Source of the DNA: Lingula anatina
Taxonomy: Eukaryota > Animalia > Brachiopoda
Assembly: GCA_051362555.1 (NCBI GenBank)
Contig: CM120640.1
Location: forward strand, 41,704,788-41,768,787
Direction: 5' to 3'
DNA length: 64,000 nucleotides
This document shows, piece after piece, positions 15,277 through 29,157 of the stretch. The notes beneath the pieces are model-generated. The model had not been told where the DNA came from and did no database searches. It worked only from the letters and a program-made list of their open reading frames with translations. Position 1 is the first letter of the stretch, and every line of letters starts with the position of its first letter. The translations under genes were made by a program, and so were the position numbers.

Positions 15277-15660
15277 TTAGTCCACACAATGTAGCAGTTC
15301 TATTGTTCTACGGGTAATAAAACATGAATGTCTGGTAACATGAGCAAGAAATAACTGAGCTATACTGAGCACTGTAAAAATGTAACTACATTTTCATTCC
15401 ACCGTGTATGTAACTAAACCCTTCTCTTCTAGTTTGCTACCAACTATTGTGCGAGTCATTCTCTTTTCAGAGTAAATCAATACATTTCCCCAAAACAGAA
15501 ATCCATTACAGGAAATGTTATAAAATTGTCATCCACTCATATCTTATTTCATTTTCTCAGAGTGAAACTAATCTTTTAAAGCAAAACAGATTTCTGTTAC
15601 CTGTAAAATAATTCAACTATAATCTGATCTAATTTGTACATAATCTGAGGAATCCCCTGG

Positions 15661-15771
15661 ACACACACACGCACACAGACACACACACACACTTTATTTT
15701 AAAAAGTTTACTAATTTGAGTAACTACTTTCATGTTTCCTGATTACAGCACATTCTGAAACACACACACAC

Positions 15772-15810
<39 letters not shown>
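15661..15810. repeat. two (CA)n microsatellites
   Basis: CA runs at 15661-15692 and 15759-15810. Confidence 0.9.
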
Positions 15811-15815
<5 letters not shown>

Positions 15816-18800
15816 CTCATATTTGTGGACGGTGTCCATTATCTTTTGTGTTGATTTAGATATATGAATAGGGAAATCTCTTAAGCTATCAAATCCACTT
15901 AAACCTGATAATGAATAATGTCAAAGTCATCTACAGCCATCGGCATGAATCTGCTAATACATTATCTCTGCTGGTTACCATGGTAGTGACACCCTGTCCT
16001 CACAATACAGAACATAACCTCACCTACAATGTCCCTATATTACATTCAATCAAGCATGCTATTATTACTCGATCTTTTCAATGGGGAAACATTGTGAAAA
16101 CATGCAGAGATACTGTATTTTTAAAGTCAGAATTTCTTAAAATTAGAACAATCCTGTTGAGTGGTAGCAACAAAATTAGTTCTATCCCGTGGATTAAAAG
16201 CACCACATATGCTATATAGAAATTTTTGTGACTATAACATTCTGTATCTGAAAAATTGACAATTTTATGCCACTGAAAAGATCAAAGTATTACCATATTC
16301 AGAATCTCTTCTGTCAGTTCCACAGCACTTACATGTATCTTTTTATTTTGCTTTCACAAAATATGGCATCTTTGGTCCATTTCATACTTTTTTGAGGCAA
16401 GTTTTCGTTCTAACCTTGTAATAACCTCATACTTTTGAAAGTCCCCTTTATAAAAAAGAAAAAACTATAACCCATTTTCAGCACCATTTATTATTACTTT
16501 GCTGTTGTTGTTAAATTAATTAACAGCTTTGAAATATTTTCATCCACCACAAGAATCATTCACTTATACTGTTTTGTCTTTATTACAGCATGTAAGACTT
16601 TAATGTCGGCACTGAGATAATAAACAGAGTACACATACTTTTTTCTAAGAAAATGTGCTGAGTGACTTAGATGTTTCCATAAGTCTTCAACATTGAAATG
16701 GTTGCTAGGCCAACTAAATCCAACAGTCCTTTGTTATCAACAACATGACTGCATGTGCAATATTCATATGCATATTTTTTAATTAATGGTAAAGACAATT
16801 TCCTTGGACTTCTTTCCCAACGTCAGTGTCCAAATTTACCATTTGCTCTCAATCTTGATGTCTAGCTCAACACAGCCTAAAGGTGTATTTTTTCAACCTT
16901 AACGTGTGTAAAATGTGACTTTTATTGCAAAATACTATGGACTGAGACAGTATGGTTCATAAAAATAAACATGTCATTTAGCATTGTATGGAATTCAAAT
17001 CTACCTCAATATCGTTCACCATTTCGTTTGCCATTGTCACAGAAAAGTGGCGTTGAAGACATGGACCAAAGTGACTGATTGTAATTCGCTTTATTTGCGT
17101 TTATTCCTTTTCTCCTTAAATGTTGAGGATGGTGGTTACAGGGGTCAGGAAACAATGTAACCAAAAGTAACTGGAAGTCATACTGATATAAATCATGATA
17201 CACCTGCACCTAATTTCAGTGCCAATCAGACCTGCGTATTGATGAGTTTTTCTTTTTTACGCATCTTAAATACAACAAGAGGTTGAATCTTCTGATTCAT
17301 CCATTAGATATATTGATATCACATAAGAAAAAAATAAATCTAATACCAGACTTTCAAGATTATGCATTAATGCGGCATTGCAATTGGTTACCACCAAATT
17401 TGAGTATCAGTTGTCCTGAGGGGCTGGTCACATGATCAGCGGTACCTGATAATAATATCATGGATTTTTGCATTTTCACTTGATAAGGTCAGTATCTTTT
17501 CTAGAATACAATAGTTGCATACTGGGCAAGTGGTTGCAAAATGAATTCACAATGCAATTTTTAGAATCATTTTGGATGGTGCTTCTTAATTCCTCATTTG
17601 GCATTGCACTCGATGCTTGATTGGCCATTTATTTTCATAGATGCAATCCGTACAAAGTTTGCGTTCCAGTGTGAAGAACGCTGAACAGTTGTTATAATCT
17701 ATAGAGGTAAACTGATCTTTAACTACCTTCTGACATTTGTCATTCATATTAAAAAGACAGGGAGAAATGTTCCCTAGATAGCTTAATCAATAATTATTTT
17801 GCACAAACAGGTATGAGATAACCCAGGTTTACGTGTGCATGCAGTTATTAAAGACCTCATACATGCATCTTTATCCTAAACCACAGCTTAAGTTTTGTGC
17901 AGCGCAGCCTTCTATGATGAACTTGATAATTTCTGCCACTGATTCCCCAAGCTATAAGTCCTTAGATTTATTATCTTATATTTAAGACAACACAGTAAGC
18001 ATTCATGGACATTCAGATTCAATCAAATGATACATGTAGAAGACTGTAATAATAATGCAAATGGCACAAACAAAAATGTCACCTCCTTTCTCATGGCAAT
18101 TTATTGCTTGAAGTAAATTTGGACTGCAATTTACAGAGTCACAATACTTGGTAGATTAGCAATTTAATTATATCCAACATTCCTTAGAACATTTTATGTC
18201 AAGATGATCTTTCATTGAGCTTGGCTTAATTATATCTTTCCAATTATCTACATGACATATCAGCCAGTGGACATGCAGGCTACAGAATTATGATGGCTGA
18301 TGGACAAGATGGCAGAATGCAAGTGTCTGTTCAACAGTCAACAACCTTATCTACAAATCTGTAGAACTAAGTGTAATGACACCAGATTAAATAGAAAATT
18401 ACTTGTCAAAGATGGCACATAAACATACATTTAACAAAGAAATTCAAAAGAACATTTATTAACATCTAGACAACAATCAATGGTGAAAGAGTCTAAAATC
18501 TTATTCTTAATACAGTACAGTACTTTCAGTACTTTTCACCTCAGCAACAAGTTTGCCCTGTCCATAAGAAGTAATATATTTATCACTGTTCACAATTTTT
18601 TGTGGTTTTTCAGACCCACCATGAAATATGTATATATAACCCTATCAGCACATCATGTTTTAAATTGATGACTTATCATAACACTGGTATTATCCTATAT
18701 GAGTAAGCAATGATCAATCTTCAGAAATTGAACATGTTAAGACAGAAAAAAAGCACCATCCCAACTTTCAGACATGACAAATTTAATTAAGTTACTTAAC

Positions 18801-20676
18801 TAACTAGCCAGCACAACTGACAAATATACAAACAAATAGGGGGAAGAAAACAAAAATAAAATGAAAAAAGAAAAACATGCAGACAGGTTATTGAATTATA
18901 AGGGGTCTGCATATAAAAGATTTCAGTCAATCATTAACACAAAGATTAGACTTCTACAGGTGCAACAAATCTGTGGGGCACTTTTTTCTTCATATACGAG
19001 CTTAATGAAAGAAATGAACTTGGTCACAGAATAGATAAAGAGTCTCTGAAAATTTAATTCATTTCTACTCAGAGACATTACTTTTTTTTAGTTTTTTAGT
19101 CTACGCAATGAACATACTGCAAGCTGAGATGTAGTTACAACTGGTCTAATTTAAAACCAGATGTCAGAGTCTACTTACACAGATATCTTAACTGCTCTAC
19201 AAGGGCCGTTCTGTGGTTCAATTTTCATCAGTTGTGGATTTGCTTTTCATCTGCCAGGTCAAGTAGTAAGACAAATGTTTGATCAGAGCTAAGGAGCAGA
19301 TTCTGCATAATCTGTCAACTCAGATCTATTCTCCTAATATTGTATAACAAAGCCAAATATTGGCTACATGTTAAGGTAATATCCAGTATTTGATTAAGGC
19401 GTCCTCAAATTAGTTGAATTAATCTGAATTGTTGTACAAAAATGGGCTTTTGATCCCATTTTCAATACCTGAATGTCCCACTATGGTCAATGTCAAATTC
19501 ACCTTTTCAGTATTTCAGTTTGATACATAAAAAAGCCTTTTCCAGATCATTTAAAAAAATTTCTGACCACATTTAATCTAATGAAATTTCATATTATAAT
19601 ATTTTAAAATCGCCATTTCTTCATATACATGTACTATCAAACATGTACTCTCAAACATGTACTCTCAAACAATCACCACAAGAAAGAGCTGGTTAGGCAT
19701 GCCAGTGGTATTCAGGTGTACCAAGATTTATAAGGGGGAGGAGGGATTTTAATAGAGCTCTGTTCAATTTCATACTTCAGATATGTTGTTGCCTTTTATA
19801 AGGCTCTGAATATGTAGTTTCATGAAATCTTTAATTGTCTCATTAAAGCACCCTTCTCTCTTCTTCCCTGCTTCTCACAAGCAAGGCCTTGTATTTTTTT
19901 CAGAGATGATGTATAAATTCATGGCTTGACTTCATTCTGGCCACCTGATGATATATAGCAAAATCTCATGTAATCTTCAATACAATATCTGTAATCAGGG
20001 CTATTTTCATACAGATTTTCACATTTGAGATTGGCAGGCAGGTGGAAATGATTTCCCTATGTCTTAAGTCATGTTTTTTTTTTTTTTCAATGAAAAGATG
20101 TCACCTTTGTTCAAAGGCAATTTATTTTCACATTACCTTATGAAAAATCCATACAGTTAAAGGTGGGCACATAATCAGTTTACCACCAACAGACTGAAGG
20201 GAACAACTAGACAAAACATGAATGTCAGATTTTAGTATGATTCAAGGTTAAGTATAAATTCAAATTCATATTCTAAGTATAAACTACAGGACTATTTCTA
20301 AAATTACTGTCCATCTATATCAAGCTGGAGTGATTTTCCTTTCCCATATTCACAGAAAGTAGGTAAAATTACAAGTGGCTGTTCCAAATCAGAAATTTTT
20401 ATAAATCACAGATTCCCAGAAATATCAAAAGTATTTGTGATAAATATTCATATAGAAGTACAATTTTGGCTCTTTTGAGCTTTTATGTCAGAGAACAATA
20501 AGCTCAGTTCACAAAAAGCAACAAAAATATAAAATTACGTGAGATTTCTGAAAGACATCATTATGGTCATAACATAAAGATGTACAGTGTATAATTCAAA
20601 GCCCTGGACAATTTTTAAAAATTCATGCATGTACATGTACTGTAATGCAAGTAATATTCAATTTCCACCATCTTAC

Positions 20677-20946
20677 CTTGACAGCCAGTCTTTTCCCTCG
20701 GTGTTCTGTATGTTCTTTAAGACTCATGCTTGCCACCATTTCTGAAGGCCCAACTTTACTTTTATTTGATGAACTAGTGAAGGAGATTGTGCCACTTGAG
20801 GGTTGGTCTGAATGGGACTCGGTCTTGATGACTTGGAACTGGGACTGCGCCTGGGAACTGCTGTATTTGGCAGAATTAGAATCTTCAGCGTCTTTACACA
20901 AAAGGACCCCTGTGCGAGTGGAGTGGAGACTTGGGGCACAACCCAT
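20677..20946 (-). CDS. PDE8: PDE8 family cAMP phosphodiesterase, first coding exon (90 codons; gene continues left beyond the window)
   Basis: MGCAPSLHSTRTGVLLCKDAEDSNS resembles the PDE8A/B N-terminus (MGCAPSIH...GVIYCRDS, recalled). In-frame stop upstream; phase-0 donor AAG|GTAAGA at 20677/20676; acceptor TACAG| before 21017. No later PDE8 exon recognised in 1-20676. Confidence 0.82.
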
Positions 20947-23179
20947 TGCAGTTTTTATAAACTCAAAAGTCCAAGTACAATTTCACCTTCTATCTTGTGG
21001 AGTTTCTGAAGGATCATCTGTATGAAGATAAAATAAAAAGGAAGTTACAACAGATTACACATCAGGTTTTAAATTACTGTCATATTATAAAATTGTGTGG
21101 CTTTTTGATATAGGTCACCAACTGGCATTAATATCATCTATGATTTTTTTCTTCTAATGGAGACAAAAATTCAGCATATATAATTTATTTCATTCAGTGT
21201 CTGTCACATTATTGTTTCCCGTTAATTCTAAAATCATATCATGAAACAGAAAAGTTAAATCTTAATATAATTTCTTCCTCTTTGATCGCATCCAAACATT
21301 AGCTCCATGAGTCCCAAAGCTTAAACACTGACCACATTTTTAAATTTCCATACATGCCCACTTATTTGTCCTTCTGCAGCATTTTGGTTTAAAGTTCACT
21401 GCAACAATGGCAATTGTAGCCTAACAGACAGCACCAGTAAAAGTCTTTCAACTATACATATGATAGGTCTTTGAACTATACATTGGTCTTACTCCTAAGG
21501 AACCATGAAATTTGCATAACCAAAATAGCATTTAAAAATGATGAAGCTGGTACTCATCAGACCTGACAACCATGGTACTTTTTTTTCATACATTGTAAAA
21601 AAAACTATAACCTCTTTTCATTATGCTGGATCACCATGCAACCACAATGATGATTAAAGTCAAATGTAAGTAGACATAGGCAAACCCATAAAATACAAGG
21701 ACAAGTTGCCAGGAAACCTTTGAATATGGCACTTATGGGGATTCAATATTTGCCCATCCTTCTTCAGAACTGCATTTTGCACCTAAGGAACATTATTTCC
21801 ACACATTATGTAAGACTAGGTGACTAGCACATCAGTTAAGTTTATATTCGTCTCATAACATTTAGAAATCACTTTCTGTGCTCTTATTAGCGTTCATTCA
21901 ATCCAATACTCTTTATTTAACCAGAGTAAAATAATTTAAGTCAAAAGTTAAGGGTAGTCATGGACGAATATAATTTAAAGCATGTCTAAATCCAAAAATG
22001 AAGCAACAAGGCTGTTATTAAGTGCATATATTTGCTTTTAAGTCCCAAAATTATTGATACAACATCAACTACAACATCAACAACAACATTTATTATTATT
22101 ATTATTATTATTATTATGGAGTCTTCCAAAAAAAAAAAATCACAAACCAAACTATAATTTCTGTTTTAAATGCATTTCACCTTTCTGCACCATTTATGCT
22201 GATATCAGATAAAAAAAAATTTTTGGACTCCATAGTTATACAGCAAAAGAGAGTCAAAGTAACATAAATGGACTCCACTGCATGAAACAATAACTATAGC
22301 TACTTGTGGTAAGGCAATGACGTCAATAGCACATGTCAATTTCTTTCAGCAACTATTGTTATATCTCTAATAATCAAAATGATTCTGGGCATATGCAGTA
22401 AAAGTGACTCATCAAATCCTATCTGTTAAGTATCTTGCCAGGCAATTTGTTCACCAAGCTTCCATAATCATACGTAACAACTGTCCAGGTAGAACATACA
22501 TGTGTAGGTGCTATGACACTACTGTTTGATGTTGACTTCACTTTCTTCTTGATTTGTGTTTTATATTTGTTTATTTTTCATTTAATTCATCTTTCAAATA
22601 TGGTTATAACTTATAGTTAATTTTTTTTTCTTTTTTTTTTTTTTTTTTTTTTTGTAAAACATCTAGCTGTTTCAGATGTCTATTTGTTATTTTTCAAACA
22701 GAAAATATTTGTCAGAAATTCCACATGTACCAATAGTGGCTGCTGGATTTCATATTATTAAGACCCAATCAAGAGTGTTATTTTCTAAATAAAAGCATTC
22801 AAATAAGAGTTCTTGAATCCACACTAGGTTATAAAATTAGCTTACATGTTTATGTCAGATCTGTTCCAGGATAATGGAAACAAAAACAGATCCAGGGAAA
22901 CCTTGTAATTTTTTTATATACCTTACATGCTACCTTGCTTAGAGGGTCATATCTGCATGCAATCATTTCTGAAGAAGCTAAATTGCTGAGAATGTGGTCT
23001 TAAAATGCTTTTGTGTGTGTGAGAGAGAAACAGAGAAAGCGAGTTTTCGAATTCTGTTTAGTGATAGTTGTTTTGTAAATATTAGAGTTGAAAAAGATCC
23101 CAAAATTGTTTATTTCTCTTATTTATTTATTTATTATTATTTAGTATTTTGAACAACTATTCAAATGTTTAATAAATCC

Positions 23180-23775
23180 AGACAATCTTCATTTGATCTC
23201 TTTGAATTTCAGCTTATATGTCTTGCCACATTTGGATAGCTTTGACTGTGTCAAGCACCATGGTTGCCATGTTCACTCATGGTTGTGCACGATGTCAACA
23301 CTTGCCTTCCTGCCTATTCCTTTTCAGCCAATTCTTCCTCATTCTTTGCTAATTGTCACTTTTATTCATGCAAATTTAGCAATCAGTTTTTTCTGCTGCT
23401 CTGCTTTGTCTCTCCTCATTTTCTGGTCTATCTAGCTCAAGCTTTTCTTCATCTAGTCTTACTTAACTGATGTTCTGCACAGGATTACCTGACAAATAAT
23501 TTCAGTTCCTTTGTGACTGGCATCTTCTAAGGAGACCACTCAAGTTGATCATGAAATCAGACTAATTTCTTTCAATATACACAGACCAACAACAGTGGAT
23601 TCTCCCAGAGATGCCCTGTCCTTCATAACAACTTTTGATTTGATTCAGAGAATTCATTCAGATTTAGCATTTGCCTGTGGCAAGACAAATCCTGCTTTGA
23701 CTACGTCAAGGAGTGACAAGTAGGGGCTATTTCTTTTAATTGACTTTCCCTGAAAACAGTATTCCAGCAGTCTTT
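23180..23775 (-). pseudogene. decayed hAT-superfamily transposase, C-terminal dimerisation region
   Basis: Minus-strand translation YLSLLDVVKAGFVLPQANAKSE*IL*IKSKVVMKDRASLGESTVVGLCILKE fits the hAT dimerisation pattern (LP-x-x-x-A-x-x-ER-x-FS...R-x-x-L). It is followed by MPVTKELK and a charged tail, with several stops and frameshifts. Confidence 0.7.
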
Positions 23776-24076
23776 GATCACATTCACAACGACTTGAGCT
23801 AGGCTTTACAAATCCTGGGGACTAAATATGGCGGTCGTACATGAAAGAAAAACCGCCTAATCTTTTAATAGTCTCTCCACCTCTCACACGCCTCCCCACA
23901 CATCCCTGGGGGGGGGACAGTCATTAAATCTCGGCTCCATTGGGATGACACATGGGGAAGCGTGTGAGAGGCGTGTGAGACTATTAAAAGATTAGGCGTT
24001 TTTTCTTTCATGGACGTCCTCCATATTTAGTCCCCAGGATTTGTAAAGCCTGGCTCAACTCGTTGTGAATGTGACC
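23776..24076. mobile_element. fold-back MITE with about 130-bp arms
   Basis: TCACATTCACAACGACTTGAGCTAGGCTTTACAAATCCTGGGGACTAAATATGG... is mirrored by ...CCATATTTAGTCCCCAGGATTTGTAAAGCCTGGCTCAACTCGTTGTGAATGTGA; TTT on both flanks. Confidence 0.85.
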
Positions 24077-24356
24077 TTTAATGCCATAAATAGATCCCTT
24101 GTAGTAAGTCCAGGCCTATACAAACGGATTAGCTGTTTGCTGACTCGAGCCTAAGATTTGTGAGCACGAATGCCCAAATTTACAACTCGAACCACCATTC
24201 TATGGCACAACTGTAAAATTAGGGGCCACAAGCATTGGACTACAATCCACAAACCATTAATCCACTAACCTAACCATTCTCAGTATGTTCCGTATGTGTC
24301 AGAGATTGTCAAGAGTGCATTTCTGCAGCATTGATATGTGGTATAAATAGCAAATT

Positions 24357-24500
24357 CAGACCCATAGCCAGCAATTTCAAAAAGTGGACCTTTTTCAATG
24401 AAACCTTTGTGTACCTAGATCAAATTTTACCCAGAATGGGCCTTTTCCTGACAAAAAGGCAGTTCTTTCGAACCCCTGAAGCCTCCTGGCTATTGGCCTA
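24357..24500. mobile_element. degenerate MITE with 5-bp TSD
   Basis: Ends CAGACCCATAGCCAG and CTGGCTATTGGCCTA; AAATT at 24352-24356 and 24501-24505. Confidence 0.65.
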
Positions 24501-26300
24501 AAATTAAAGAAATATATTAGTTCAACTTGATTTGTGACTTTATTCATTTTTTAAATTATTTTTATGATAATGTAAATCCATGGAAACAGATATATTCGTA
24601 AGTTGGTGGAAACAGTAATTGAATCAATTTGACAACACCACTGTGGTCATTGCAAAGTAAACTCTTAAGCTTCTATGCATTTTCCACACTACTAACATAT
24701 TTGGTCTCGTCCAAGCTTTGAGTGTTCACTACAACTAACATCACTCTCCTCCTCAAATTCTGCCAATATAGCTCTATGTAGCCACTTTATTGGTTATTGG
24801 TGTAGCTCTTTTGTCAAAGAAATAGAAAGAGCTAGATGAAATTTTTTTTGACTAGGTACAGCATCTTTGAAAGCTCTAATTAACAACCAGTTTTTTGTAT
24901 CTTCTGCCACATTGAAAATAGAGTTTGATATTGAGATAAAGAACCTCTATGTGTATAGCTAGAGATTCTGATGAAAGTTGGGCAGGGATTTTGGGCTTTT
25001 TCATGCTGTGCATGCCAGTGGCTACTAATTGTAACACTTTGCAATGAAATCTAGTTCTAGTATAGTCCTTTATTGATGATTCCTGCTCAAATGATCGAGG
25101 CTCATGATTGCAAACAGAAATTATCATTTATGAGGCCTGAAGTCCACCTAAACATTTTAAACACACATTTTTTTAAAATAAAAGTACAAAAAATACTCTT
25201 GTTGAATTTAACTAAATAAGTAACATTTTTATTTAAACAGATAAATGCCATGAATTAATGTTGCCAAAAAAAATTAATTATAATAATAACAATCTAATTT
25301 ATCACCTCCTGTTGAACCTCTTCACCTGTCAACAATCTGGAAATTAGTGCTAAAAGTTGATTGCAGAATTTGAAAAACCCACGCTTAAGTGAAGGTTGAA
25401 GACTTCTTAATTTTCCCAGATTGTTACTGAGTGATGGCGAGTGTCAGGAAAGGAGGGTTAAAAGTTGGTTATATTCAAAGGAAAACATCCTTAACCACAG
25501 AAATATGACATATAAAATCATTTTTAGACCGTAAATATGAGGGGAAAGTAGTATCTTTTTCCAAGAAAGAAGGAAAACTGAAAATACATAACAACTTGAC
25601 ACAAAAATATGATATATCTGTACAAGTATAAACAAAATATATTAAATGCTATTAACATTAAAATGAAAGTACTTTTGCAGTAACTCATTTAAACCAACCA
25701 CCACCACCCCAACCCCCAGCCCCACCCTGTAACCCTCATTTTTGCTAAGCAAAATAAAATTATGTGGTGACTTCGATCTAAGTCTATGCTATTCAAATAA
25801 GTTTGTTTGGAAATTTACTAACTTATATATATTTTTTTTTAAAATAAACCTTAAATTTCTTTTACCAATAATATTACAGCAAATTTTCACCCAAGCGATA
25901 ACCTAGCTTGGCTCTCATAATATTTGAAAGGCATAAAGTTTCATGTAAAAACTATCTTAAATTTAGTTAATAATACCCAAACTAATCTTTTTTGGTAGTG
26001 AAGACATTGCTCAAAGTCACAAATTAATATAGAAAAGATATTGAATATCACAGAGTTATATCATGGAGGAATTCAAATACATATTATTTATGTGCCAAAA
26101 TGAATATGGTCACAAATTGACACAACCTCAACAATATCACCATTACTTCTTATCAATTGGAGAAAGCTTCAGGTGTCTTGGCTCTATATCAAAACAAACA
26201 TTCGATTGATCTGAACAGCCTTACGATAACATCAAACCTAATAGCAACACGTATTTGTTCACACAACATTAACCAATAACTGTCGGAACCGTAAACCTAC

Positions 26301-27200
26301 CTGTATGAGTTTCTCTGTCAGTTCACCTGCTAAACCATACGTACTTTCTCAGCTCACTGTAAACATATCTACCACCGACATTTTTTAAGTTAAAACTGCA
26401 AGTTCCTTCTGATAATTTTGCAAGATTTTCTGCTTTTGTCTTAATATTCCTGTTACATTAAGATCAACTTGAGCAGTTTTCAGCACCGGCATTCCTTTTT
26501 GATCATTCGAGCACTGCGGCATGTGTAATTGACATGTCACGTACCTGTATCTGAAAACATGCACACACCCGACAACGGCACTTGCAGTGTGATCAACTAC
26601 CTTTCTTCGAAGAAGTCTGATAAATCAAGGAATAGTTCAATGACACAGACGCTTTCGTGTCACAGTGGTCAGAATGAAACACGGAGAAAACAATACTCCA
26701 CGCTAATCATCCTACCTTCCGTAATTTTGACGGCTGGTTTGAAAACAGCACTGTTCCAAAAGTTACTTATACCCACCGCGCACTGCCCAGTGTATTACAC
26801 CAAGTTGGAGTCATTTACAATCGCTTTTTTATTACCTTTGTTCTGCAACGCCACCTCACAGGAATAACTCGTTGCCTCGAAGACCTCTTGAAATCTAGCG
26901 CATGGAATCACGTGGTGCCAGCTTCGACGACAAACGAGTGATTGATTACACAGGCCTCTTTGAAGGCCTACAGTGTGCGTGGTCTTTTTAAGATTGACGA
27001 AAAGGCTTCTAATCGATATTTGATCTGATCTGATTGTAGAAAGGCTCAAAGTTTGTGTGCCCGTAACATGGTTTTCGATAAATTATGCCGTTCTTGGCAT
27101 GACTTATTAAGTTATTGTATGCACGACGTTGTCATAGTGCGATATGATGACGTCCATCGCTGAGTTAACAGAATACAAGTACCGGATAAAATTGTTCTAA
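26301..27200 (-). promoter_or_regulatory. putative PDE8 promoter and non-coding first exon
   Basis: Abrupt CpG enrichment after about 26 kb of mostly CpG-poor DNA; minus-strand donor CAG|GTAGGT at 26301/26300; E-box CACGTG 26909-26914; TGACGTC 27148-27154. Inference only. Confidence 0.35.
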
Positions 27201-27407
27201 AACAATCTTGATAAGGAGTCAAATGACTGGTCGTTAGTGATCAGCCTTGGTTAACACCTAATTGAACAGGTGTTCACAGCTGTTTCCAACGGAAAAGTTT
27301 TAACTATGCCTATATAGGTAGCCTATAATATTGCTTTTATTAGTTGGCGTTGGTGCCCTATCCATATCAGGTGTATTTTAAAAATCTGCTTTTCAGATTT
27401 TGAACGG

Positions 27408-27961
27408 CAGGCCTACCCAACTACCAGACTCGGCACCTAAGGATCCAGAATTAACCGGTATATCAGACCACACTTCCCGTTTTCAAGGTGTGTGTCAGAT
27501 CGCATTTCGGAGTATCAGCCAGAACACCGATAGGATGAGCCCTGGCATGCTCGGCTGTCACCTTGATTGGATAGTAAACGATTGTCGTAAAATCGCTATA
27601 TGATTTTAAAACCAGGTGCATTAATTTGAAAGCCACCTAGATGAACCTTAGCCTGCCACTTTAATCTAATACAATGCAAAAAAAGCCCTATCAAAAGTGG
27701 TTAAATCATTCAAACCGAATGTCATAAAGTCCCCATATATCCCCATAGAGACAATAAAATAAAGTACTCTAAAGTAAGAGTACAGTTTAAGGTTGTTCAG
27801 CCGAGCGTGGATGAGCCCGAAGTCGTGCTACAAAATTTGTTCTTAGGTATGATACTCCGAAATGCGATCTGACACACACCTTGAAAACGGGTAGCGTGGT
27901 CTGATATATACCGGTTAATTCTGGGCCCTTAGGTGCCGAGTCTGGTAGTTGGGAAGGCCTG
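27408..27961. mobile_element. MITE with about 110-bp TIRs and 5-bp TSD
   Basis: CAGGCCTACCCAACTACCAGACTCGGCACCTAAGG... (27408-27518) is inverted at 27850-27961; AACGG at 27403-27407 and 27962-27966. Explains the mutually similar ORFs 27400+ and 27787-. Confidence 0.88.
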
Positions 27962-29157
27962 AACGGGAATCCAATAATATGAGGATACAGGTGTGAAAGC
28001 AAATGTGACACGTCTGCTAGTAAAACAGGTATTTTTACTTGATAAAGTTTGGCCAAATGCTAAATTCATATATTCATATATCTCATTACAAAAAAATTCT
28101 ATCTACAAAGAAGGTAAAGGTCACGCGTTGACCATTTGCCTTTTTCTGTTGTAAAAATTTTAATAAAAGTTTCCTGAAAATTTAAACATTTTTCCTTCAT
28201 CTCTGTACCATATCTTAAATCGTTTACAGATTAGAATCTACAATATTTAAGGGGTCTTATTAGTTTCAATTATCCAATTCCGATCGAGACAATCTCGCAA
28301 AGAAGACGGAGAAATAATATAATCTTGAAATGAGTTTATACATCGCAATTTTCTCAGCGCTCTTGAATAGATCAAAAGTTACCTAAAGACAGGCTTACCT
28401 TGGTAAAATTGCAGAAAATCCACTTTTTATGTCCCGAGATGCGTGAAACGTTCATATCATTTAACCTTTTTTTTTGGGGGGGGGGGGGGGTGTGCATCAC
28501 ACTCCCGTGAATTTGTTAACTGATCATTTTATTCCCGTGAACTGTGATCACTAATCTACCCTCTCTCTGTTTGTACCCTCTGTGATCCTTCTTTCGCGTT
28601 AAATTTTTGATGATTCCACGCATCCACCCTCACTTTCACCCAGTCCTGTAATCAATTTTCTAGCAACTGCCTGTCTATCAAAGCATAGAAAATCCGATTT
28701 CGAGCATTTCAGAATAAGTTTGCATTTGATTACCTCCGATGCCTCTTTCTTACGTAAATGTAAATGATACCGATGAGCTCTTCAAAGCCTAATGGGACCT
28801 GGGAAAATGAACATAAAGTTACTTCTCACACTGGTAGCCTAATACTCAAAATTGATCTTAGGTTTAGTCATCAATTCTATATAATTTTTATAACTATTGT
28901 TTATCATTTTGCTTTTATTATTCTGATAACACCTGATGTTAGGGTGCGATCCACTCACTGAGAGCTAGTGATCCGGCAAGTGTATCAAACCTAACATAAA
29001 GTGTGATTATAAAATGCTTTATAATCATTCATATGTACACTGTATAGGGGTCTACTACATGTATAGGCCTACATATAATTGTGCTGATATCTATTTATTT
29101 ATCTCCTCATCTATTTGATATAGTTAGAGTTAAAGTTCATGATCCGATGATTGTACC

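Noticed and set aside
1-20600. Short ORFs of 60-123 aa as genes or further PDE8 exons
   Set aside because: No REC, PAS or PDEase motifs recognised; composition fits AT-rich intron and TE interiors. Small exons could have been missed.
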